DNA of 63,116 bases, counting the filler, from Bigelowiella natans CCMP2755 (taxonomy: Eukaryota > Protista > Cercozoa), in the NCBI GenBank assembly GCA_000320545.1. It is 9 parts of 9 records of this genome, joined end to end, with 100 filler letters (N's around TTAATTAATTAA, not from the genome) between each part and the next. Parts side by side here need not be neighbours in the genome. Positions count along the whole stretch, not along the records: positions 11,797 to 33,385 come from ADNK01002247.1; positions 33,486 to 39,595 come from ADNK01003480.1; 7 more parts are not named here. One strand, written 5' to 3'. The notes beneath the pieces were generated by a model. The model had not been told where the DNA came from and did not search any database. It saw nothing but the letters and a program-made list of their open reading frames with translations. Position 1 is the stretch's first letter; each line of letters starts with the position of its first letter. Made by a program: the position numbers and the translations under genes. This document shows positions 24,774 to 36,708 of the stretch, piece after piece.

Positions 24774-27189
24774 CATCAAGAAATCGTCATCTTCCCAAAT
24801 TTTCTTTAATTTTCTGTTTTTAGTTATATTCTGATTTGCTTCGATATTTGACCATGCGGTTTAGATCAAAACCATATCCGACCGAGAAGATCCGAATTAT
24901 GTACAACCAGGGCATAATAGAGGCCTTTTCGCCAACACCTTGTACGTCGTCCAAAAACTAAAAAAAGAAAGAATTAAAAAAAAAAATTAAAAAAAAAAAG
25001 AAGAGGAGATTTTGTCAAGATCGGTATATGACTCCTGCTGCATTGCTGTTGCTGCCGGTGATGATGGTGGTGGCATTGGTGATGATGGTGGTGGCATTGG
25101 CTGGAAAGACTGTGGTATACTTGATAATTGCCATTCACGATGTCAGTGATCATGCCGGTGATAGTTGTTAAGGAGGAGTCATCATGATTGCGACGGTGGT
25201 GTTATCTTCATCAGCATTGAAAAGGGAGCGTTTATCCTGCCCTACTCAGGGAAGGTCATACGAGGCAAACGTGATGATGATGATGATGATGATGATGATG
25301 ACGACGACGACGACGAGTAGTTCCCCCCCCCCCTCCCCACACATGAACGTGCTCCTATATACCCTCTGCAGGTGGTGTTGGCCGACGATGATGGCTGTTG
25401 CGACTACGAGATCCCTTTTCCAGGGAATAATACTACTGCATCATTGTAGTCAGTCAAAATACTGGTAATAAATAGAACTAGTGCAGGGTAGTAGATTTGT
25501 AACGAAATTTTCAAGAGGACCGGGGGGGGGGGGGGGGGGGGCTCGATTCAAACCCAGAATGATTTTTATGTTCGTGACACTCGAAAAGCGCATGATCCGA
25601 CGAGGAGCTATGTTGTGCGGCCTTTGGAATATGGGAATGAGGCGAGGTAGCAAAAGAAAGGGAGGGGAGGGGAGGGGGGGGGATGAAGAAGAAGAAGAAG
25701 AAAAGAAGAAGAGGAAGAAATAGACTAAGTAGTTGAAGATGTAAGTGAGCGAAGACGAGAGAGTGCCTCTCGTTGGATTGCCATCCAAATTGATTTATTC
25801 GTCTCCTTCCTTCCCCCGCCCACAGGTCTTCTTCTTCTTCTTATTATTATTATTATTTATTATCATTATCATTGTTGTTACCAATGTTATCGTGACTACC
25901 ATCATCAGTATCATCATTACTATTTGTCTTAATGGTTGGTGGTGGATGTGGTGGTTGTTGTTGTTGTTGTTGTTGTTGTTGTCGTCGTCGTCTTTGAGGT
26001 TCATCAACGATTACAGACATCACGGATGCAGACAGCGCCATGCAAATGTCCAGTTGAAGCAGGCCTGGTCTCGCCACACCGGTGCGTGCTTCATTGGCGT
26101 CTTCGCAAAGTTAGACATTGGGATTGGGGAGGAGCTGCTCATGGACTACGGGAAACAGTAAGAAGAGGCGGCTGCCGCTTTGATGATGTTGTGCTTCCTG
26201 CTATTATTAGTGAGGCATTAGAACAATGATGATGATGGTTGATGATGATGATGATGATGATGATGATTATCATTATTATGGCGATTATGGTGTGACTAGT
26301 GACAATAAAGACTACACGTGCATGTTTTATTCCAGTTATTGGCAACTACAACGACGCAAAAGGCATCTGGGTCTACCTAAGGTAAGTGTGCTAAGAAGAG
26401 GTGTGAGCGCCAGCATCAGCCACGGCATCATCATCTGCTGCAGGACGCAATGGTGTTGTTTTCGTATTCCTAGATGCACAAGGGCACTCCTTCCTCTGCT
26501 TCCACATATGTTAGCGTAGAACTAATCGCCAGCGCATCTCCGAAATTAGCAATCATATGAGAAAAATAAAGAAGACTTAGAGAGCAGCGATCCATACCCT
26601 TAAACTATCATGTTACTACCACTACTGCTGCTGCTGTCTAATCGGCTAGTACTACATTTATCCTGCGTGCTTGTTGTTGTTGTTGTTGTTGTTGTTTATC
26701 TTCCTCCCTCCCTATGCGAAAAGGCGGTAATCCCCATCCCATCGAAAGACAAAGCTGAGCGGTATCTTGCAAACGAAGAGGAGGGGGGAGACACCAAATC
26801 TAGAATGGTGACGCAGAAGGGAGAAAGAAAGAGTAGCAATGATGAACACATCACTCTTCTTTCCTCTACCCCTTCTTCTTCCCTCTCCCCTCATCGTCCT
26901 CGTCCTCCCCCTCCCCGAGGAGGGATATTGGAGGGGTTTGGGGTAGAAGTCTTTGGAAGCGGCGACCAGGTTGCTAGTCTAAGAATGTTCTCTAATAATG
27001 TCAAGTCATGACCTCGTTGTGTACCTTCGATCCTACCTGAGTGACGATGATCATTCGTCATCACCAAGATGATCAAGACTGTGTCGTTCATCATCGAATC
27101 AGACGCCATTGTATACCCCAAAACAACAAGAGAAGATCCAAAGGGTAAGAACTTGTTTCATACATGTAGCTGTTGTAGGAGTACCAATG

Positions 27190-27223
<34 letters not shown>

Positions 27224-27564
27224 CTTGTTCTTGTTCTACTAGTGATGTAACCCTTCAAACACGCGCACATTACACAAGCACACCATCACATGCAAATGAG
27301 GCTGACAAAAGAATGATATAATGATGATGATGATGATGATGATGATGATTACTAATATGGTGGTTGCAGAATGTGGAGAGCGACTTGTGTGCATGTTTGG
27401 AGGAACTAATTATGGCAATTATTACCATTCAGTTGAAGGATTTTACAGGGATCAAAGACGACGTTCACGCTGCAATTCTTCTCAAAGATAAAAGTAGTTG
27501 TTTAGTTTCTTCGCATGCATACTTTCCATTTCTTCTATTACTTATGAGTGCCATCGCATAAGAC

Positions 27565-27617
<53 letters not shown>

Positions 27618-28059
27618 TGTGTGTGTTTTGGAATTGTTCTTATGGATCTCTCGCTTTTCCACTTCTCCTTTTCGGCCTATTATAGAATGGGACATTATGA
27701 AAGCCATCAACTACTTTCATTCTCAGGTGGTTTTGATTTGATTTATGTGTTAGTCTACATCATGTGTTGCTAATGATCGATGGACATCGGAATTACCAAA
27801 TATTCAGGAATCCACCCCCTGTTTTCAATATGTGTGCTCACGCGTGATCGTCGTTATGATGGAACAACCTCACGCCGCTATCACTTTGCATGATCACAGG
27901 AAGAATTCTATCTCTATTCTGAGAACGAGGCCAAAAGGGATAAGGCGCTTCTGGAAGATGTCAAGGTGTGTTATTTTGTAGAGAAATAGCAAGTGTTCCG
28001 AACGCTGTGATACGATATTCTTTTCAACTTCTCAGGCCAGATCGATGGAGGGGAGGGTA
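21566..28059 (+). CDS. Large multi-exon SET-domain protein (boundaries approximate; could be more than one gene)
   Basis: SET C-terminal motifs RFINDYRHHG...ANVQ...IGVFAKLDIGIGEELLMDYGKQ|YW (25998-26342), N-SET-like NRGLFA (~24916), and a coiled-coil exon LLRRLDFLEQENHTLIQRVK. Many GT-AG exons on the + strand. Confidence 0.6.
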
Positions 28060-28099
28060 GAATAAGGAGCTAACCACCCGCTTGCATACATTGTCATTA

Positions 28100-28500
28100 A
28101 TCTACGCAAAGCGCGTGCGGCACACTCCGACCGACTAATGATCATGCTAGTTGCTATATAGAAATAAATTTGGCTAGTTGGCACGGCATCTCTAGACATG
28201 TAGCAGACACATGATGCTGCTGTGATCGTTTGCTAGCTATGCATAGGCGCTGTAGCAGCGCATTGCTAGATTGGCACATCTAGACGACATGCTGCACATC
28301 TAAGCGATAGATAGCATCGCTGCGCCGTGCAAGACATGTCGTAGTTGAAGTTAGAATGACTGACACACACATGCATGTACTGTACAGCTCACTTATAATG
28401 ACACAGAAACACGTAGACACGGCCTCTGCGCGCTAGCCACATGCACATGCATGCGTATGTTATATTGTTTGGACATGCATGTTTATTTAACTAAACATGT
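28100..28500. other. Milder CTAG/CATG-rich intergenic island D between convergent genes
   Basis: About 7 CTAG in 400 nt, with abundant CATG/TGCA. Confidence 0.6.
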
Positions 28501-28679
28501 ACCTATCATCACAGGACATTGTTAAAAGACAAATGTTATAATGTCAACTTGAGAATACAGACAAAGAAACAGAAGACTCCGGTTGATTGATAAGGATTAA
28601 AAAGATGCATCATCAATGTACGGCTGCTGCGCTTTTGATTGTGAATGTTCGCACACGGACGATCACAGTGTCTTGTCCA

Positions 28680-30345
28680 TTACGAAGACGACACCACCAA
28701 AAACGCAGAATCGTGAGATTTAATCGCCACAGAGAAAGAATCATCAAACCCTCCAAGATCCTGTCTTGCCCATACGTCACGCACCTGGCAGCCCTTTTCG
28801 CATTTAAAGCCAGGGATTGTTGAGAAATCCAACTTCAGTGTTTTAGTGGCAGGATTGCTGTTCATCATCAAAACTGCAATCTTGGTGTTATCTTGATTGA
28901 GGGGCTTGTAGAGATATGTCCATCCTGGAACCTTAAACGTTTCATCTTCTTCATGCACCGAAGGGAAAACGACGAAGTCGTCTGAGGTTTGGAAAGGCCC
29001 TCCGGAAAACCCGGCATAAGCTTGGTTGATCGCAATGGCTTCCGGGTTCGTGATGACTTCCCAGACCTGGTCCATGATGGTGTCGTTATTCACATCGTGA
29101 GAGAGGGTGAGTGGAGACGAAACAATGCACCATGCGCCAAAGTGAGTGCGAGTCTCTTCTTCGGAAAGGCCTGGGTCCTTGTCACCATGAGGCCCATGCT
29201 GGCAGCCAACTTCAAGCATATCAGGATATGCCCAACAGCCGGGGGTACTGAGATTCTTGGAGGCCCATTGGTATGTACTGGCGAGGTTATTCAGAACAGA
29301 TGCGTAAGAAGCCACCACATCTCCGGATGTTCGGTAGAAATTGAATGGGCACCAGGTTGCATTTGGGACCGTCCCCCCCCAATGACAATTCTCAATCATG
29401 ATGCTTTTCCCTGCTTCCTTGAATAGCCTTGCCCACACATTGAGGTCGCGTTGGTTGCCACATCCATCAAGCTTCACAGAATCAAATCCGAGCTGAACGA
29501 GGGCGTCCACATCTCCCACGTAGCAGCTTTCATCTGTCTCTCCCTGATCTTTCCCGTTGCCACAATGGTCTTTGCAAATGCAGTTGTTGAAATACCAGCC
29601 AGCAGTAAGATTCAACTTGTGCGCGTACGTGGTCATTGCAATCATGTCTGGAAATCGCCCAGGATTCACAGCAGGGAAGCCGGCATCGCTATGGTAGGTA
29701 TATCCATGCTGAAAATATGCAATTTATATTAAAATATATTCATTCGTCAATTGTGGGGATTTTATTTCCATGCTGCAGAAACATAATATTTATACATATT
29801 CGTTCATCAATGATTCATCTTCATTTATTAGTGGTAGTTACCTCTGGGGATTTGGCACATATCTGCCAATTATCATCTAATCCAACATCGCAGTAGCCTA
29901 TATCACATCTGTAGAAAAATTGAAAAGTGATATCAATCAGTATAAAGAAGAATTTCAAATCATATCGACATACAGGGATGTGTTCTTGCCGTCAACTTGC
30001 CTCTTACGGGAAACCTAACATGGATTGTAAAATATTACTTATGTAAATGTATGCTATGTTTATGACATATTTTCGGAAGAACAACGTGTACTTCCTCACC
30101 ATTCCATCCATTATTTTCATCATGGTTTCCTGGTCGATATTCTCCCCGTAAAGGTTCCATGATCTCCAACCTAATAGCAATAGACACATCGAATTTTGGT
30201 ATGTTTGAGGAACTCCAACCAAACCTAAATCTTTCTACTACAGATTACCCATAGGAGGAGTGATTCCCTTGCCATTGTCGATGGACAAAACTATGGGGAG
30301 GGCAAATCCCAATAAAAGCCATGACGCTGATGCTTGGGGGAACAT
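28680..30345 (-). CDS. Secreted alpha-galactosidase / alpha-N-acetylgalactosaminidase, glycoside hydrolase family 27 (5 exons)
   Basis: Signal peptide, IDNGKGITPPMGWRSWN, VGLDDNWQ, catalytic VKLDGC and RTSGDV, GCWAYPDMLEVG, HFGAWCIVSSPL, and a C-terminal beta-sandwich with VRDVW. Confidence 0.96.
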
Positions 30346-30389
30346 GGCGAATGATTGTTATTCCTGCGGACGGATATCCTTTTATTTAT

Positions 30390-30415
30390 TACGACAACAA
30401 TCTATGTATGTCGTA
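30390..30415. promoter_or_regulatory. Candidate palindromic promoter element TACGACA-N12-TGTCGTA upstream of the GH27 gene
   Basis: Lies 45 nt upstream of the ATG. The same geometry recurs at 41421-41446. Confidence 0.45.
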
Positions 30416-30499
30416 GTATAAAAATCCATTTGATCATTGACAATTAAGACTCAACCGATTTAAGAGTACCCCATCTGATTACGAAGTAAAATGGTGGCA

Positions 30500-31720
30500 C
30501 GAGAGACATTGCGACAACGTTTGTTCCGTCCACGCTGCTAGCTTGCTAGTCAGTCCTCCCTGAAGCCATGCAGTTCGAGCATTGTTTCATTGTTTCATTG
30601 TTTTGTTTCATTGTTTCGAGCCACTGCTAGACTGCATTTCGCACATTACAAGTGTCTTGTCACACTTTGGAGATGTGGTTTTTCATCATTCTTCATTGTT
30701 CATTGTTCCATCTTCCATTCATTCATGGCTGTGCAATTGGCTGCATGGCGGAGGGAGGGATCTAGCTGGCTGGGGATGGCGCGTCGCTGTTCTGATTGCA
30801 TTGTCTTCGCTGCGGGGGCCTGCTCCCTGCCAAGCTAGCAAGTCACCCTTCCAAGTGCCGATGTGAAACGAACCCTCAAAGTTTCCTGGAGACCTGCTAG
30901 CCTGGTTGGTTGAGGAGGTTTGGAGGTCACATGCTCATGGACGAGTCAGCGCGTGACTGTGACCCACGGTCGTCCTTTCAAACGCTCCTGTGAAACCTCT
31001 TCATTGATTCATTGATTCATTCATTCATTCATGCTAGCATGACCTGTGATCCCTTCAACCGCTCCTTCGTTCGTTCACTTGTTCACTCACTCTTGCACCC
31101 ACCAGTTGGCGTGACCTGCTAGCCTGGCTAGCTAGCTGGCTAGCTGGCGATGTGAGTTCTGGAATTGCTTGGCATTGCACATCATTCGTCCGTTCATTCG
31201 TTCATTCTTTCAACCACTCTTGTGGAACTGCTTCATTCATCACTCATTGATCAATGATCTGACCATCAGATCACAACGCACACCCCGCCAGCTAGCCTCG
31301 TAGACCCTAGCTAGCTAGACGTGCTGTCGTCTGCTAGCTGTGCAAAAACACAACAGTCTTGATTTTCTGATTTTGACCAACATGCCAAACTTTCGCAAAT
31401 CACAACAGCTTCACTCAAGATTGAAAGGAAGCATTGCTGCCTGTCTCGTCGTTCTTGCATTGTGGCCGGCATCGCTAGATCGTGCAAGCCTAGCAGCGTG
31501 CGTTGAACGCGCAATTGACCTGACAGGCAATCCTAGAATGTGAAGTGCCAAACAGGTTACCAGGCTAGCTAGCTAGCAGGCTCTGGCTAGCTAGAGCTAA
31601 TAGGTGCATACCGACCTAGACTATTCTAGTAGTGGACACATTGCTAGACATGCACTAGATGCACGCATGCTAGCTAGCTAGCACACTGTGCCAGCCACTA
31701 CTAGACTAGAGCATGCTAGT
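30500..31720. other. Strongest TpA-depleted / CTAG-enriched intergenic island E (decayed repeat-like)
   Basis: 30541-31550 has about 18 CTAG and only 2 other TA. Tandem GCTAGCTAGCTAG runs, and internal repeats such as gacctgctagcctgg x2. Confidence 0.92.
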
Positions 31721-32399
31721 ACGCAGCAACCGCGCGGATAGATCGTTGATTTTTGTCCCACAATCAAGTTTTTGGGACGGCAGTGAGGCACAGGTAAGCT
31801 TTCCACATTATGCATGGTTAGATGCATGTGAGATCAATACAAACATGCGAGATAATGAATTTAATGAAGAGAAAGATGGTCAGGACTCCATCATCGTACA
31901 CTTTTTCAGCGACGTTGCTGCGACGTCAAGAGAGCCTCATTAACGACTTTATGCAACGTGCATCATCACACAGGACGATGTGGAGGTCACGTACCCAAGA
32001 AGATTATTATTTATTATGTTAGCAGGAATATTAGGCTATCTGTGTAAATATCTACACCAGAATCTTAGATGTGAAAGAATCTAATTGAATCGAGATTTGT
32101 TCCGATGACGAGATATCGAATTGTTGGGGGTCAGCAGGGGAGTAAATATGTTTGTTCAGTACAGCAGTGTTGTTTGAATAGTTGTTATATGAGAATTAAA
32201 CCAATGATATATGCTCTAGATGTTGCGTTATCGACTCAATTGGACATGCAGATTTAAGTATTGCAATGAGGCAACAACGGAGGTAGATTATAGGGTTTTT
32301 GTAATGCTAATATTATCTGTTGATATCAATAATTTTGTGCGTATTCTCCATCACCTCTTCTTTTACCCCCATCACGTATACAACTGCTACTACGTCTCA

Positions 32400-33350
32400 T
32401 TAATTGGTCTTCAACAACCATTCGAGAAAATAGCATGTGCGCAATATATGCGACATCTTCTTATTGACCGCTTCCTACTTAGTCTAATTAATTTGAGAAG
32501 AAAAAATAGAAGAAGAAGAAGAAAAGTGTTATCACAGCTCAAACACCCTTCCTCACTCTTGCTTGCTGCAATTGGATCATCATAATATGCATTATGTAGA
32601 TAGAGGGGTTGGGCATCAACCCCCCCCTCTCATCCTATTGCTGAAATAACGTCCAATCGATCTCGGCCTCTGGTCTATCTGATCTTGGGCAAAGTTCATG
32701 TCCATATAACCAGGAAGCAGGTCGTCGAAGGTGCCACCGCCTCTCACCGGGGGGGGCAGGGGCGGGGTCTTCTTGGCGCCGAGCAGCGCGGAAGATTTGG
32801 GAATGGCCACGAAGAGGAAGAAGATGGAGATGAGTCGGAGAACGACCGATTTAGTCTTCTCCTCCGAGCACGCATTGTGCAGGTATGAGCGAGCAGCTGC
32901 CGTATACTTTCGCAGCCGCGGAGGAATGGAAGACAGCAGGTGTTGAGCGTTGCGCCTTCGCCGGCGAGCAAATCCAATAGCGGCGGCTCGAGTCCCAGCT
33001 GCCACCCCATCCTCCTCCTGCACACTTGGAGTGACACTTCCAGGGGTGTACGCTATCTGTGGAGACCGCCCCCCCGGGGTCGATGGGGGCAAAGAAGGAG
33101 AGTAATCGGCAACCGAGTAAGCTTGGCTGTTGTTCTCAGTATATGCTTCGGAAGGTGGAGAATCCGGAGGGGTGATGGTAGGGGTGTTGGGGGAGGACTT
33201 GCGGGTCACCGGCTGCTGGGATTGAGCGCGACGAGAGTTGTAGGCTGTTGGTGGTGATGGCGGTTTCTGCTCCATCGTTCCACTCGGGGGAGGTGGTGGT
33301 GAGGAGGCCTGAAACTTGGGTGGCGAGAACAGGGGGGGGGGGCGGAGTGC
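32400..33350 (-). CDS. Unidentified Pro/Ser-rich protein with one hydrophobic segment (3' part; 5' lost at the linker)
   Basis: Long open GC-rich exon (>220 codons) after an acceptor ttacag, with hydrophobic stretch VVLRLISIFFLFVAI. Downstream exons uncertain. Confidence 0.5.
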
Positions 33351-33485
33351 TGTAAGGTTTTACAGAGGGGGGGGGGGGAAAAGGGNNNNNNNNNNNNNNN
33401 NNNNNNNNNNNNNNNNNNNNNNNNNNNNNTTAATTAATTAANNNNNNNNNNNNNNNNNNNNNNNNNNNNNNNNNNNNNNNNNNNN

Positions 33486-36130
33486 CCAACACAAGCGATA
33501 ATCTGACTGAGGTTCATATTGTTCCCCTTGGATCCAGCCTTCACCATAGTATTGATATTGTTTCGTCTTTTCAGGCTTTTTCTAACCTCCTCCCCTAAAA
33601 TAGAATAGATTATATGATGAGGATCTTTTGCAGTGATGATGATGATGATGATGATACAAGTGGTATTTAACAAAACTCTCATATTAAAAGCAGTAGCAGC
33701 GCGTTACCAGCTTTGTCGATAGTATTATTGAGTGTTGCATTGACGTCCTTCTCGAAAGTCTCCACAATGGTCTTTCCAGGCTGTCGCTCGATCTCACCCC
33801 TTTGTGCAGTCTTGATCAACTCACGAACTTTAACCTTAGCACTCTTAATTATCTTCTTGATTTTCTTCATGGTTTCCGCAGGAGCAACTGTATCTTCAAT
33901 TCCTACCGTGTGACTGGTTTCCATGAGCCAATAGTTGACAACCCTTTGCACCTCACCGACAAAACGTTTTGTTTCTTGGGGTCCACAATCCAGCCATACT
34001 GTGTGTATCAGGCCTCCTGCTTTGGATCCCATTGTCGACTTGTCAAGATTTCCAGTCAAAAGCTGCCCTTGGACTATTTTCACAATCTGGTCGTTTGCTG
34101 ACATAAACGTATCACCATCTTCAGCCCCGTTCGCTTTCTTCCAAAGATTCACCTTTGGAATGATCAATGACATGAGTTGTTTCCCTGTCCATAAAGGCCC
34201 TGGCTTCATTATTGCAGGCTTGGGAATGTTGCCATCGAAGGAATCCATATACATCAGCAAGTTAAAAAATCTTGCTTTTGTGATAAAGCTGTCCTTGAAC
34301 GTCATCTTATGCAGAGCTAAAAGAGAGTCTTGAATGATTCCCATCACCGGCCTATTGGACTGTGGAGTCACAACTTGCCACGGGGTAAGCATTATCTCTT
34401 GGGCTTCTGCTCGAGCTTGGTGTGATTGTGGCACATGAAGGTTCATTTCATCGCCATCAAAGTCAGCGTTATATGGAGATGTACACATCAAGTTCATCCT
34501 AAAGGTAGAGTATGGAAGCACTTTCACCCTATGAGCCATGATACTCATTTTATGAAGTGACGGCTGTCGATTGAATAAGACAAGATCGCCATCACATAAT
34601 TGCCTTTCTACTATATCTCCCTTCTCTAAGGTCACGTCAGAGAGCTTAGGGACTTCTGACAGGTCAAGCCGAACACCTTGAGAGTTGGTGACATATTTTG
34701 CGCCCGGGTGTATGTGCGGTCCATTGCTGACGAGCTCTCGCAATTTAGCTATGTTGAATCGGTTAACAACCTCATCGAAAGTCAGGTTCATGGCAATTGA
34801 TCTTGGTACACCAACCTGATCGATTTCTAGGTTTGGATCAGCGGTAATTACGGTACGGGCAGAAAAGTCACATCGCTTTCCCATAAGATTTTGTCTGACT
34901 CTCCCTGCTTTTCCTACGAGACGCTGCCGAATGGACTTAATTGGTTTTCCAGACTTCTGCATTGCTTGGGGATATCCGGCTATCTCATTGTCAAAGAGTG
35001 TCGCTACGTGATATTGGAGCATATTTACTAGATTGTCCACAACATGTTGAGGGGCTCCTTGTTCAGATTGCCTTTTGATGGCATTATTTGCCTTTACTAT
35101 ATCGGCCAGCTTATATGTTAGGTCGTCACTACTGCTATTGGCGCCATCAAACTTTACAGATGGTCGTACTGCAGGTGGGGGGACAGGGAGTACAGTGAGA
35201 ACAAAACAGTGAGGGCTCGCAAATTCTGTATCAAATCCAAGAAGTCTTGCGTCTTGATTCGATATTTTCCTGAGAACTTCGTAGATCTTCTTCGCACTTA
35301 ATTTTCTCTTTGGATCCCCTTGTAGGTCGACATCCGGTGGAAATTCAGCGTGAATTTCAATATTTCTTCTTGTGTACTTCGGCATTGTACTTCCACAGCC
35401 CATGCTCGCCATCTTACTCTGTTAAGGAAAAACTGAATCAGAGATCATCAACCGTGTACCAAAGACCAAGAGCGTTTACCTTGCCGTTAAAATCATGGTC
35501 GTTTCCTCCTCCTCCGCCACCCTTGCATTTTTTCTTATTCTGACACTCGTGAAGAATTTGACGAAGACGCTCCATGGGTTTGTGCTTATACTTTTGATAT
35601 ATCTTGTTTGCCTTCGGACCTCTCTGAATATTATCGATCGGAATATGCTGTTAAATCTGGGCATACATACATTCATAAATTCATAAATTCTTTTTGTCTT
35701 TTCGTTTTACCGGATCAATCAATAGCCGAGAGCAGTTAAAGCAGACACAGCGTAAAATCTGATGGACCCGTTTCACAAATCCAACGTGGAGTACAGGTTC
35801 TGCTAGTTCTATGTGACCAAAGTGTCCCGGGCATTGTTCCTTTGTCATTGAGCACGATTCGGCCTTACACCTAAACCCTGGACTGGTCGTCCCCATTCTT
35901 TGATCCAAAAGCCCACCCTCCTTCGGAATCCCATGCTCTTCCAGTATTGGAGAAGTTATTTCACACACGGACATCCTCCTCTGTTAAACACATAGAGCAC
36001 ATAAATTTAGCCAAACCATCACCGCATTTGAAAGCTGCTGAGAACTTACAATCTCCTCAGGTGTGAACACCCCAAACTGGACCATTTTGACTTTCTTGAC
36101 CGCGACATCGGAGTCGAACCGGCTCGCCAT
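33486..36130 (-). CDS. RPB1: RNA polymerase II largest subunit, 5' portion (truncated by contig end)
   Basis: MASRFDSDVAVKKVKMVQFG, CPGHFGHIELA, LPVPPPAVRPSV, GRVRQNLMGKRCDFSARTVIT, FNRQPSLHKMSIMAH, catalytic YNADFDGDEMNLHVPQS and MVKAGSKGNNMNLSQIIACV. Short GT-AG introns. Confidence 0.97.
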
Positions 36131-36169
36131 TCTTCACAGATCAGGACGGCGATGGTAGTGTTGTAATAA

Positions 36170-36245
36170 GGATTACCCTCGTACACTAGAAGTAGTAGGT
36201 CTGTCGCTATGAGGATTATCCTCGTACACTAGAAGTAGTAGGTCT
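36170..36245. repeat. 33-bp direct repeat (1 mismatch, period 43) just upstream of RPB1
   Basis: ggattaccctcgtacactagaagtagtaggtct (36170-36202) / ggattatcctcgtacactagaagtagtaggtct (36213-36245). Confidence 0.9.
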
Positions 36246-36708
36246 CGCACATGAAAGGCAACATCGAGTATGTCAGTAGAGAGATCGCGCAGTGTGGAGG
36301 TCACGAGAGTTCCTCTCTGGAAAATCTCTCGAATGTGAATAGCAGGAGGCTCACAGGAGTTGGTCTCCAATAAAACACCCAGATACGAATGCCAGACAAA
36401 GACATTATTATTTAGTAGTTCTTCGCAGTATTTTTCTCCCATTGTTGACAAGTGAGTCTATTTAGCCGAATAGTGACTTTTATTTGATGTCGTTGTGTGA
36501 TATTTGTGGTCGTTTTTTAGAGAAAGACAATAACCGGAGAAGGAGAAGAAGCAGAATGACAGACACGTTGTGCATCATCATCATCATCATCGATTCTTGG
36601 AAGTAGTAGTAGCAGCAGCAGCTTGGGACTGAGTGTTCAACCAGTGTCTGCCTGCAGCAGGCCTGCTGCCACTAACGAGCTGTCTCCTATTGCTTACTTT
36701 TAAGCTTC

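Noticed and set aside
30500-31720. Classical CpG methylation decay or fungal-type RIP as the explanation of the islands
   Set aside because: CpG is plentiful and TA is lost rather than gained, and the CTAG-linked differences include transversions and an indel.
32616-33275. YSPS/YTPGS-containing ORF downstream of truncated RPB1 as a possible divergent CTD
   Set aside because: It lies on a different contig, has no tandem heptads and carries a hydrophobic segment, and about half of RPB1 would be missing in between.
36170-36245. Short direct repeats (also 10687-10824 and ~18171-18236) as CRISPR-like arrays
   Set aside because: Only two copies each, no spacer series, no cas genes, and a eukaryotic context.
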